Shown: positions 19,529-27,904 of the stretch, in pieces
How positions within the stretch are numbered: position 1 is the stretch's first letter
Layout of the letters: each line of letters opens with the position of its first letter
Assembly: GCA_900550505.1 (NCBI GenBank)
Contig: URSI01000001.1
Coordinates: 1 to 28,712 of the forward strand
DNA length: 28,712 nt
Reading direction: 5' to 3'
DNA from: an uncultured Eubacteriales bacterium
GTDB taxonomy: Bacteria; Bacillota; Clostridia; Oscillospirales; CAG-382
The notes under the pieces: generated by a model
What the model was told of the DNA's origin: nothing
What the model saw: only the letters and a program-made list of their open reading frames with translations
Databases searched by the model: none
Made by a program: the position numbers and the translations under genes

Positions 19529-20436
19529 AACATCTGCTGAAGCTCGGCGACGTTTCGCCGGCTGAGATAACGGAGCTGCTCAATCTTGCAGATCAGCTCA
19601 AGTATGAAAAATCACATGGCATAGATAAAAAATATCTTGCCGGTAAGACTCTGGGAATGATATTCCAGAAATCTTCTACCCGTACGAGGGTGTCATTTGA
19701 AGCGGGAATGTATCAGCTCGGCGGTTCTGCGCTGTTTCTGAGCGGCAGCGATCTGCAGCTGGGGCGCGGTGAGCCGATAAAGGATACCGCACGCGTGCTT
19801 TCCAGATATCTTGACGGGATCATGATACGCACATACCGGCAAAGCGACGTTGAGGAACTTGCCGAGTACGGCGGCATACCGATAATAAACGGGCTCACCG
19901 ACTATGCGCATCCCTGTCAGGTGCTTGCCGACCTTATGACGATAAGAGAATATAAGGGCGGATTTGACGGGCTTAAGATGGCATTCGTGGGCGACGGGAA
20001 CAACATGGCAAATTCCCTCATGGTGGGCGCTGTCAAATGCGGTATGAGCTTTGCCATAGCCTGTCCTCAGGGCTATGAGCCGGACAGTGAGCTCATGGAA
20101 TGGGCAAAGAAAAACGGTGATTTCCTCATGACGACGGATCCTGCGGAGGCTGTCAGCGGCGCGGATGTGGTGTACACCGACGTGTGGGCATCAATGGGAC
20201 AGGAATCCGAGGCTCAGCAGCGCCGGAAAGCATTCTGCGGCTATTGCGTAAGCGAGGAGCTGATGAAGGCGGCGAACGCCGATTGTATGGTGCTTCACTG
20301 TTTGCCGGCGCATCGCGGTGAGGAGATAACCGAAGAGACATTTGAACTTCACGCAAACGAAATATTTGACGAAGCGGAGAACCGTCTGCACGCCCAGAAA
20401 GCCGTCCTCGTCAAGTTGATGAGCGGCAGAAACTGA
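19525..20436 (+). CDS. argF: Ornithine carbamoyltransferase
   Basis: GTG start; SSTRTR, HPCQ, DGNN, TDVWASMG and HCLP motifs. Confidence 0.97.
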   Translation: MKHLLKLGDVSPAEITELLNLADQLKYEKSHGIDKKYLAGKTLGMIFQKSSTRTRVSFEAGMYQLGGSALFLSGSDLQLGRGEPIKDTARVLSRYLDGIMIRTYRQSDVEELAEYGGIPIINGLTDYAHPCQVLADLMTIREYKGGFDGLKMAFVGDGNNMANSLMVGAVKCGMSFAIACPQGYEPDSELMEWAKKNGDFLMTTDPAEAVSGADVVYTDVWASMGQESEAQQRRKAFCGYCVSEELMKAANADCMVLHCLPAHRGEEITEETFELHANEIFDEAENRLHAQKAVLVKLMSGRN

Positions 20437-20482
20437 AAGGTTCTGCCGGTCGGGCTTTTTGTATAAGAAACGGGGGAAAGCA

Positions 20483-23400
20483 ATGCCTACGGATAAAAAC
20501 ATCAAAAAAGTGCTTGTGATCGGTTCCGGTCCCATCGTTATAGGTCAGGCGGCGGAATTCGATTATGCGGGCGCTCAGGCTTGCAGGGTTCTTAAGCAGG
20601 CCGGGCTGGAGGTGGTGCTCGTCAACTCAAATCCCGCTACAATAATGACGGACACCATGCTGGCGGATGAAATATATCTTGAGCCGCTTACGAAAGAAAC
20701 GGTCAAACGCATCATATTGAAGGAAAAGCCGGACAGTATGCTCGCCACGCTCGGAGGTCAGACCGGGCTGACGCTTGCCATGCAGCTTTCACAGGAAGGA
20801 TTCCTGCAGGCAAACGGCGTGAGATTGCTCGGCACGAACGAAAAGGCGATAAGCCTTGCCGAGGACAGAGAGCTTTTTAAAGAAAAAATGCTCGAGATAG
20901 GTCAGCCGTGCATACCCTCGGGCATCGCGACAACGCTCGAAGCGGCGGTGGAATGTGCGGACAGGATAGGATATCCTGTCATAATACGCCCCGCCTTTAC
21001 TCTCGGCGGTTCGGGCGGCGGGGTCGCTTATAATAAAGACGAGTTCATGACGGTAGCCGCCAACGGCTTATTGCTTTCGCCCATTTCTCAGATCCTTGTG
21101 GAGAAATATATCTACGGGTGGAAAGAGATCGAGTTCGAAACAATGAGAGATACCGCGGGCAACAGCATTATTGTTTGCTCGATGGAGAATATCGATCCTG
21201 TCGGCGTGCATACCGGGGACAGCATAGTCGCCGCCCCGGCGCTGACGCTCAGCGACGGTGAGCTTGAGATGCTCAGAAACGCGTCGCTGGATATCGTCCG
21301 GGCGCTCGATATAGAGGGCGCATGCAATGTCCAGTTCGCTTTTGACCCGGTGACGTCGAAGTATGCCGTCATCGAGGTCAATCCGAGAGTGTCGCGCTCC
21401 TCCGCGCTTGCGAGCAAGGCGACGGGATATCCGATAGCCAAGGTCGCCACAAAAGTGGCGCTGGGATTCTTGCTCGGCGAGATAGTCAGCCCTGACGACG
21501 GCGGACCTTCCGCGCTCAGCGAGCCGGTAGTGGATTACGTGGTGGTCAAGTTCCCCAAGTGGCCCTTTGACAAGTTCCACGGAGCACCCAGGACGCTCGG
21601 CACGCAGATGAAGGCGACGGGCGAGGTGATGTCGATAGCGGATACGTTCGAAGCGGCGCTCATGAAGGCGGTGCGCGGCGCCGAGCTTTCGCTCGACACA
21701 CTGAGAGCCTATACGGGAGAGGGAGATATCACGGAAAGGCTGGCTGTCTGTGACGACCTGCGTATCTTCCGTATCTTTGAGGCGCTTGACTCGGGTGTCA
21801 GTGTCGAAAAGATAAGCGAGATCACAAAAATAGATACTTACTTCATAGAGCGTATAGGACGGCTCGCGGATTACGAGCGGTCACTCAGGAGCGGTCTTGA
21901 CCGTGAGAAATATGAGTTGGGTAAAAAGCTCGGGTATACCGATGCCGCGATAGAGAGGATATCCGGATGCCGTATCCCGGAAAAAAAGCTGCCCGTGTAC
22001 CGCAGGGTGGAAGTGTGCAGCGCCGGTACGGCGGGAGCCGCTCCGTATTACTATGCCGTAAGCGACGGAGAGTGCCAGTCGCGTCCGATCGCCCGCGGGG
22101 CTAAAAAACGGATCATTGTGCTCGGCAGCGGTCCTATACGTATAGGTCAGGGCATTGAATTTGACTATTCCTGCGTGCATTGTGTGGGCACACTGCGCAG
22201 ACTGGGCTATGAGGTCATAATCATAAACAACAACCCCGAGACGGTGTCGACCGACTTTGATACGGCGGACAGGCTTTATTTTGAGCCGCTGACGCTTGAG
22301 GATGTGCTCGGTGTATGCGAGGTGGAAAAGCCTGAGGGCGTCGTTGTTGCCTTCGGCGGGCAGACGGCTATAAAGCTCGCAAAAGCTCTTGATTCACTCG
22401 GCATAAAGATATTCGGCACGTCAGCTTCCGGCATCGATACGGCAGAGGACAGAGAGAAGTTTGACGCGCTGCTTGAGGCTCGCGGGATACGCCGCCCCAA
22501 AGGACGCGCTGTGCTGACGGCGGAAAAAGCCATCGAAGCGGCGCATGAGCTCGGATATCCGGTGCTTCTGCGTCCTTCATATGTCATAGGCGGCCAAAAT
22601 ATGGTAGTGTCGCATGACGACGAGTGTACGCTTGAATATATGAGACTGATACTCGAGGCGGGCGAGGGGAATACCGTGCTCGTGGACAAGTATCTCGGCG
22701 GCAGCGAGCTGGAGGTCGACGTGATAAGCGACGGCACGGATGTACTGATACCGGGCATAATGCAGCATATAGAGCGTGCAGGTGTGCACAGCGGTGACAG
22801 TATAGCCGTATATCCTCCTTACAGTATCAACGACAGGATGCTGGAAAAGATCGTGGAGGTGTCGGAATATCTTGCACTTTCGCTCGAGACGCGGGGATTG
22901 GTCAATATACAGTATCTCATATACAACGGTGAGCTTTTCGTCATAGAGGTCAATCCGCGTGCGTCAAGGACGATACCGTATATCAGCAAGGTGACGGGAG
23001 TGCCTATGGTCGATCTTGCCGCCCGCGTGATGGTAGGCGAAAGCCTTTCTTCGATGGGATACGGCACCGGACTTTATCACACGCCTCCTTACTTCGCCGT
23101 CAAGGTGCCGGTATTTTCCTTTGAAAAGCTGCTGGATGTCGATTCGTCGCTCGGACCGGAGATGAAGTCTACCGGAGAAGTGCTCGGCGTCGGCAGTACG
23201 CTGACCGAGGCGCTGTTCAAGGGACTGCTTGCCTCCGGCTGTAATCTGTCGCGTCGTCGTTCCGTATTTTTCTCTGTAGCCGATCCCGACAAATTCGAGG
23301 TGATCTCGGTGGCAAAGAAGTTCAGCGATCTCGGCATGAGGCTTTACGCTACCGAGGGCACTGCGCGTGAGATAGCCACGCTCGGCTGTGATGTCGGCGT

Positions 23401-24499
23401 ATGCGGTACGGGTGACGGCAGAACGGCGGAAGTCATTGACGCGGTGGAGCGCGGAGATATCGACGTAATAGTATACACCGGCGACGGTTCGGCGCGCGTG
23501 TCCGAGGATTATGTGCGTATACACCGCGCCGCCCTGCGGCACGGAGTGGTATGCCTTACGTCTCTGGATACGGCGGGCACATTGGCTGATATATTTGCGA
23601 GCCGCTACAACGAGCACAACACAGAGCTTGTCGACATTGCACATCTGAGACATGAGCGCCGTACGATAGCCTTCGCAAAGATGGAGGCTGCGGGCAACGA
23701 CTATATTTATATCGAGGATCCGGATTTTACACTGAGCTGTCCCGAATCGCTTGCGATATCGCTTTGTGACCGGCACCGTGGGATAGGCGGAGATGGGTTG
23801 GTGCTCATCGGTCGCTCAAAGTGTGCCGACGCCGCGATGCGGATATATAACCGCGACGGCAGCGAAGGCAAAATGGCGGGAAACAGTATACGCTGCGTGG
23901 CAAAATATCTCTATGACAGGGGTATAGTCCGTAAGGATATCATGACGGTAGAGACCGCAAGCGGCGTGAGAACATTGAAGCTTTACACCATGAACGGGCT
24001 GGTCAGCTCCGTCAGCGTCGACATGGGGCGTCCTTCGCTCGTGCCGGCGGAAATACCCGTAAAGCTCGAAGGTGAAAGCGCCGTCGACCGCGATGTTACC
24101 ATAGGCGGAAAAGCGTATCGCGTGACATGCGTCAATGTGGGCAATCCTCATTGCGTGGTGTTTTGCCCGCGCGTGGACGACGTCGATACTGAGACCGTGG
24201 GTCCCATGTTTGAGAACGATCCGATATTCCCGGAACGTGTCAACACGGAATTTGTGCGGGTGGTCAACCGCCGCACGCTGAAGATGCGGGTCTGGGAACG
24301 CGGGAACGGCGAGACGTTTGCCTGCGGTACCGGCGCGTGCGCTGCCGCGGTGGCGGCGGTGGAAAACGGTTTGTGCGACAGGAACGCGGATATAACCGTG
24401 AAGCTGCGCGGCGGCGACCTTGTGGTGTTCGTCGGCGATGGCGGAATAACGCTGACCGGCGGCGCAGCACTCGTCTGCAGCGGCTCCGTCGTTTGCTGA
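20483..24499 (+). CDS. carB: Carbamoyl-phosphate synthase large subunit fused to a C-terminal DapF-like domain (1,338 aa)
   Basis: Start re-called at MPTDKNIKK. Two ATP-grasp halves (GSGPIVIGQAAEFDY / GSGPIRIGQGIEFDY; EVNPRVSRS / EVNPRASRT) and an MGS-like domain. From ~23666, in the same frame: KM..GNDY, GIGGDG, N.DGS, GNPHCV, NTEF, RVWERG.GET.ACGTG and GG.L. Confidence 0.95.
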   Translation: MPTDKNIKKVLVIGSGPIVIGQAAEFDYAGAQACRVLKQAGLEVVLVNSNPATIMTDTMLADEIYLEPLTKETVKRIILKEKPDSMLATLGGQTGLTLAMQLSQEGFLQANGVRLLGTNEKAISLAEDRELFKEKMLEIGQPCIPSGIATTLEAAVECADRIGYPVIIRPAFTLGGSGGGVAYNKDEFMTVAANGLLLSPISQILVEKYIYGWKEIEFETMRDTAGNSIIVCSMENIDPVGVHTGDSIVAAPALTLSDGELEMLRNASLDIVRALDIEGACNVQFAFDPVTSKYAVIEVNPRVSRSSALASKATGYPIAKVATKVALGFLLGEIVSPDDGGPSALSEPVVDYVVVKFPKWPFDKFHGAPRTLGTQMKATGEVMSIADTFEAALMKAVRGAELSLDTLRAYTGEGDITERLAVCDDLRIFRIFEALDSGVSVEKISEITKIDTYFIERIGRLADYERSLRSGLDREKYELGKKLGYTDAAIERISGCRIPEKKLPVYRRVEVCSAGTAGAAPYYYAVSDGECQSRPIARGAKKRIIVLGSGPIRIGQGIEFDYSCVHCVGTLRRLGYEVIIINNNPETVSTDFDTADRLYFEPLTLEDVLGVCEVEKPEGVVVAFGGQTAIKLAKALDSLGIKIFGTSASGIDTAEDREKFDALLEARGIRRPKGRAVLTAEKAIEAAHELGYPVLLRPSYVIGGQNMVVSHDDECTLEYMRLILEAGEGNTVLVDKYLGGSELEVDVISDGTDVLIPGIMQHIERAGVHSGDSIAVYPPYSINDRMLEKIVEVSEYLALSLETRGLVNIQYLIYNGELFVIEVNPRASRTIPYISKVTGVPMVDLAARVMVGESLSSMGYGTGLYHTPPYFAVKVPVFSFEKLLDVDSSLGPEMKSTGEVLGVGSTLTEALFKGLLASGCNLSRRRSVFFSVADPDKFEVISVAKKFSDLGMRLYATEGTAREIATLGCDVGVCGTGDGRTAEVIDAVERGDIDVIVYTGDGSARVSEDYVRIHRAALRHGVVCLTSLDTAGTLADIFASRYNEHNTELVDIAHLRHERRTIAFAKMEAAGNDYIYIEDPDFTLSCPESLAISLCDRHRGIGGDGLVLIGRSKCADAAMRIYNRDGSEGKMAGNSIRCVAKYLYDRGIVRKDIMTVETASGVRTLKLYTMNGLVSSVSVDMGRPSLVPAEIPVKLEGESAVDRDVTIGGKAYRVTCVNVGNPHCVVFCPRVDDVDTETVGPMFENDPIFPERVNTEFVRVVNRRTLKMRVWERGNGETFACGTGACAAAVAAVENGLCDRNADITVKLRGGDLVVFVGDGGITLTGGAALVCSGSVVC

Positions 24500-24539
24500 A
24501 AAACAGGAAACGGCATAATACGGCCCAAAAACGTCAAAA

Positions 24540-24572
24540 ATATCCGGTCGGTGTATTTTACCGACCGGATAT
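24540..24572. terminator. Hairpin between convergent genes, probably a bidirectional terminator
   Basis: ATATCCGGTCGGT-N7-ACCGACCGGATAT, with an A-run on the left side. Confidence 0.8.
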
Positions 24573-24600
24573 CTTATATGGAATAATGGCGCACGCCGTT

Positions 24601-25593
24601 TTAACCGTTACCGCAGTATTCGCGAAGCGTTTCAAGGTTGTTCCGCATGAGCGACAGATAAGTCTCGCCGCGTTCAAATTCGTCGGCGGTCACATTGTGC
24701 ACCGAATGGAGCATGGCAGTGGAGCATCCGGTCTCGGCGGCAAGAGTGTCGGCTATCCTGTGAGTCGAAAGCTCTATGTAAAATACCGTTTTGATATTAT
24801 CCTGAACTATCTTGTCCGCAAGAAATGTCACGATCTCTCCGCTGGGCTCCGTGTTTTCGGCGCATCCGGGAAAGGCGGCATACCATTCGAGTGAATATTC
24901 CTCAGCAAAGTATCTGAACGGGAACCTGTCGCCGAAAACGAGGGTGACATGCCCGGCTTTCTCAAAAAGAGATCTGAAATCATCGTCAAGTGCCGTCAGC
25001 TCTTTTGTGTGTGCGTCGAGATTCGCGCGGTATGACCCGGCGTTCCCGGGGTCTGCTTTGCAGAGGCTTTCCGCCACTGCCTGACATATCTTTATCATGT
25101 TTACAGGCGACGTCCAGACGTGTTCGTCATAGCCGTGACCGTGGTCTGTATGGTCTTCGGAGCCGGGAAGCCCGTCCATGTCGGATTCCGAAAGCGGGTC
25201 GACACAGTCGAGCATCGCAAGCACGGTGCCCTGCATCTCCGCTCCCTCCGTTATGGTTCGTGCCCACTCGTCGCTTTCGCCGCCGGTGCAGACGAAAAGG
25301 TCACATGATGATATCAGCGCTATATCCTGCGGCGTGGGATCGTATGTGTGGGATTCGGTTCCCGGACGCAGAAGCAGCTTGACCTGAACGCCTTCGATGT
25401 CCTTGCATATTGAGCGCGCCGCGTCGTATGCGGGAAATATCGTTGCTACGACCGTGACGCGGGCACGGCCGGAGGCGTCGTCCCCGCCGTCGCAGGCGGC
25501 GGTCAGAAATATCAGCGGCAATACGAGGGTCAACGACAGCACAGGAGCCAGAACCCTGCGTACGAGCGCTGAACAAAATCTTGAAAATTTCAT
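24601..25593 (-). CDS. Zn/Mn ABC transporter substrate-binding lipoprotein (ZnuA/AdcA/TroA family)
   Basis: TAAC lipobox, VVATIFP, E.HTYDPTP.D, His-rich loop, DEHVW.SP, DRFPFRYF and EPS. Confidence 0.92.
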   Translation of the reverse strand: MKFSRFCSALVRRVLAPVLSLTLVLPLIFLTAACDGGDDASGRARVTVVATIFPAYDAARSICKDIEGVQVKLLLRPGTESHTYDPTPQDIALISSCDLFVCTGGESDEWARTITEGAEMQGTVLAMLDCVDPLSESDMDGLPGSEDHTDHGHGYDEHVWTSPVNMIKICQAVAESLCKADPGNAGSYRANLDAHTKELTALDDDFRSLFEKAGHVTLVFGDRFPFRYFAEEYSLEWYAAFPGCAENTEPSGEIVTFLADKIVQDNIKTVFYIELSTHRIADTLAAETGCSTAMLHSVHNVTADEFERGETYLSLMRNNLETLREYCGNG

Positions 25594-25614
25594 TTAAACA
25601 TCACTTCCGGCGGT

Positions 25615-25643
25615 ATTATACACTTGTGCGTACTTCGTGTCAA
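25615..25643 (-). promoter_or_regulatory. Consensus SigA promoter for the metal-binding protein gene
   Basis: TTGACA-N17-TATAAT on the minus strand. Confidence 0.8.
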
Positions 25644-25671
25644 GAATTGTTGACGGATAAAGCAAATTTTG

Positions 25672-25700
25672 TTGACAGGAGAGACGATTTGGGTTAAAAT
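25672..25700 (+). promoter_or_regulatory. SigA promoter for the patatin-rimM-trmD unit
   Basis: TTGACA-N17-TAAAAT. Confidence 0.7.
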
Positions 25701-25746
25701 CTATATCGGACGTACCGGTGGGATGACGCCGGACGGCGGAGGTGTT

Positions 25747-26649
25747 ATGGCAAGGATAGGGATTGTACTCGGAGCGGGACTCGGCAAAGGAGCATATCAG
25801 ATAGGGGTGCTGCGTGCGGTGGAAGAGCGGTTTTCTCAGAAGGATATCGTCAGCGTCAGCTGCTCGTCTATTGGGGTGCTCAACGGGGTGGGGTATCGCT
25901 GCGGGCGGCTCGACGAGCTGGAGCAGGCGTGGCTCGAAATGGCGGGCGGCTCATTCAGGGGATTTATCGGTTCCGTGTTGCGTAGTGAAAGGTTTTCAAG
26001 GCTCCTTGACGATTTTGCCGCATATTCCGGCAGCCTTTCCGGAGAATTGCTTATAACTCTCACGGACCTGACAGACATGTCGGCGGACTATTGTCTTTTT
26101 AACGATATTCCGGAAAAAAAGCGTGCTGATTATCTCAGAGCGTCGGTGAGCATACCGGGGTTAACGCGTTGCCTGAGCCTGGGCGGCAAACGCTGTGTCG
26201 ACGGCGGATGGATCGACGGTATACCCGTATGGCCGCTGATAGGCAAAGAGCTGGACTATATAATTTGCGTTTATTTCGACAGAAGCAGATATATATTTGA
26301 GGATAAGAGCATTGATTCGAAGGTGCTCAGCGTCACATTCCCGGATGACACCATTTTTACGAATGCTGTTTTCCTGCGTGAGGAATCGGTCAGACATATG
26401 AAAAAGGTAGGTTACGATGTGGCGTGCGAGATATTTGACGATGTGTTCTCGCGCGGGGCGGACGACGCGGAATATGTTTCGGGTCGGATAAACGAGATCA
26501 ATTCCCGCGCAGGGAAAAGATCGCTGAGATTGACTACCGATGTGGTCATCACAAACGTGAACAGACTGGCCAAGCATCTGACGGTCCGCAGGATTCTGGA
26601 TGACGGTCGTGCCGTCGGAGAACGCAAGCGGGAAAACGATGCAAAATAA
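25747..26649 (+). CDS. Patatin-like phospholipase family protein (300 aa)
   Basis: Start re-called at ATG 25747 after GGAGGT. LGAGLGKGAYQIG (oxyanion loop variant), CSSIG (nucleophile elbow variant), AS.SIP and DGG. Confidence 0.85.
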   Translation: MARIGIVLGAGLGKGAYQIGVLRAVEERFSQKDIVSVSCSSIGVLNGVGYRCGRLDELEQAWLEMAGGSFRGFIGSVLRSERFSRLLDDFAAYSGSLSGELLITLTDLTDMSADYCLFNDIPEKKRADYLRASVSIPGLTRCLSLGGKRCVDGGWIDGIPVWPLIGKELDYIICVYFDRSRYIFEDKSIDSKVLSVTFPDDTIFTNAVFLREESVRHMKKVGYDVACEIFDDVFSRGADDAEYVSGRINEINSRAGKRSLRLTTDVVITNVNRLAKHLTVRRILDDGRAVGERKRENDAK

Positions 26650-26690
26650 GATAATGTCGGAGAATTTGATCACGGAGAACAGTAATTGCC

Positions 26691-27185
26691 ATGAAAAAAT
26701 ATCTTGAAGCGGGAAGATTGACCTCTGCGCGCGGCCTGAAGGGCGAGCTGAGATTTGACTGCTGGTGCGACGGCCCTGAGTTTCTCTCGGGGGTGGAGCG
26801 GCTGTATCTTGACGAAAAAGGCGAAAACGAGCTTGAAGTAGAGATATACAGACCGTCAATACCTTCTTTTATCTTCCGTGGGTTCGACAGCAGAGAAAAA
26901 TGCGTGGGACTTGCGGGGAAGGTCGTGTACTTCGACAGGAGCGATGTGGAGCTGCCGGACGGAAGATATTATAACGACGATCTTATAGGGTTGCCCGTGT
27001 TCAACGATGCGGACGGCTCACTGCTCGGAATCTTGACGGCGGTGGATACGAACGGATACAGACCGCTGTATACCGTCAGCGGCGAGCATAATTATCTTAT
27101 ACCGGCGATAAAACCGTTTCTTGTCTCAATAGATCTTGAGACCGGGATAAGGATGAATGTTATCGAAGGGCTTGAGACGAGCTGA
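26691..27185 (+). CDS. rimM: Ribosome maturation factor RimM
   Basis: G.L...RGLKGEL, YY.DDLIG and LIP motifs; directly upstream of trmD. Confidence 0.9.
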   Translation: MKKYLEAGRLTSARGLKGELRFDCWCDGPEFLSGVERLYLDEKGENELEVEIYRPSIPSFIFRGFDSREKCVGLAGKVVYFDRSDVELPDGRYYNDDLIGLPVFNDADGSLLGILTAVDTNGYRPLYTVSGEHNYLIPAIKPFLVSIDLETGIRMNVIEGLETS

Positions 27186-27904
27186 TGAAATTTGTTGTTA
27201 TGACGCTTTTCCCCGAGATGCTGAGGCCTGTTTTTTCGTGCAGCATATTGGGGCGTGCCGCGGCGTCCGGCATTATTTCGGTTGACACGGTGAATATACG
27301 TGATTATACCGCCGATAAGCACAGGCGGGTAGACGACACGCCGTACGGAGGCGGCAAGGGAATGATAATGGCGTGCCAGCCCATAGTCGACTGTCACCGC
27401 TCGGTCATCGCTTCTCTTGAAGGCACGGTCAGGACCGTCTATATGTCGCCGCAGGGGGCGTTGCTGACGCAGGAGCGGGCGCGCTCGCTGGCTCGATATG
27501 ACAATCTCGTGGTGCTTTGCGGTCATTATGAAGGCGTCGACGAGAGGGCGATAGAAATCGTGGCGGATGAAGAGATATCGATAGGAGATTATGTGCTGAC
27601 GGGCGGCGAACTGCCGGCCGCGGTGCTTGTCGATTGCGTGGCGCGTCTTCTGGACGGGGTGCTTCCGGAAAGCGAATGCTATGAAAGGGAAAGTCATTAC
27701 AACGGACTGCTGGAATATCCGCAGTATACGCGGCCGCTTGAATTTGAGGGCAGATGCGTGCCCGAGGTGCTGATCGGCGGCAATCACGCACTTATAGAGA
27801 AGTGGCGCATGACGCAGTCACTGGAACGGACGGCGGAGAGAAGACCCGATATGATCGAAAAAATACGGAAAAACGAGGGGTTGAAAGTCGGTGATGGACG
27901 GTAA
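27185..27904 (+). CDS. trmD: tRNA (guanine37-N1)-methyltransferase
   Basis: TLFPEM, VDDTPYGGG.GM, SPQG, CGHYEGVDER, SIGDYVLTGGELPA and LEYPQYTRP. Confidence 0.98.
   Translation: MKFVVMTLFPEMLRPVFSCSILGRAAASGIISVDTVNIRDYTADKHRRVDDTPYGGGKGMIMACQPIVDCHRSVIASLEGTVRTVYMSPQGALLTQERARSLARYDNLVVLCGHYEGVDERAIEIVADEEISIGDYVLTGGELPAAVLVDCVARLLDGVLPESECYERESHYNGLLEYPQYTRPLEFEGRCVPEVLIGGNHALIEKWRMTQSLERTAERRPDMIEKIRKNEGLKVGDGR

Noticed and set aside
23600..23700. carB and dapF as separate genes merged by a sequencing error
   Set aside because: The frame is continuous through a plausible linker with no clear SD or start for a separate dapF. Reads are still needed to exclude this fully.
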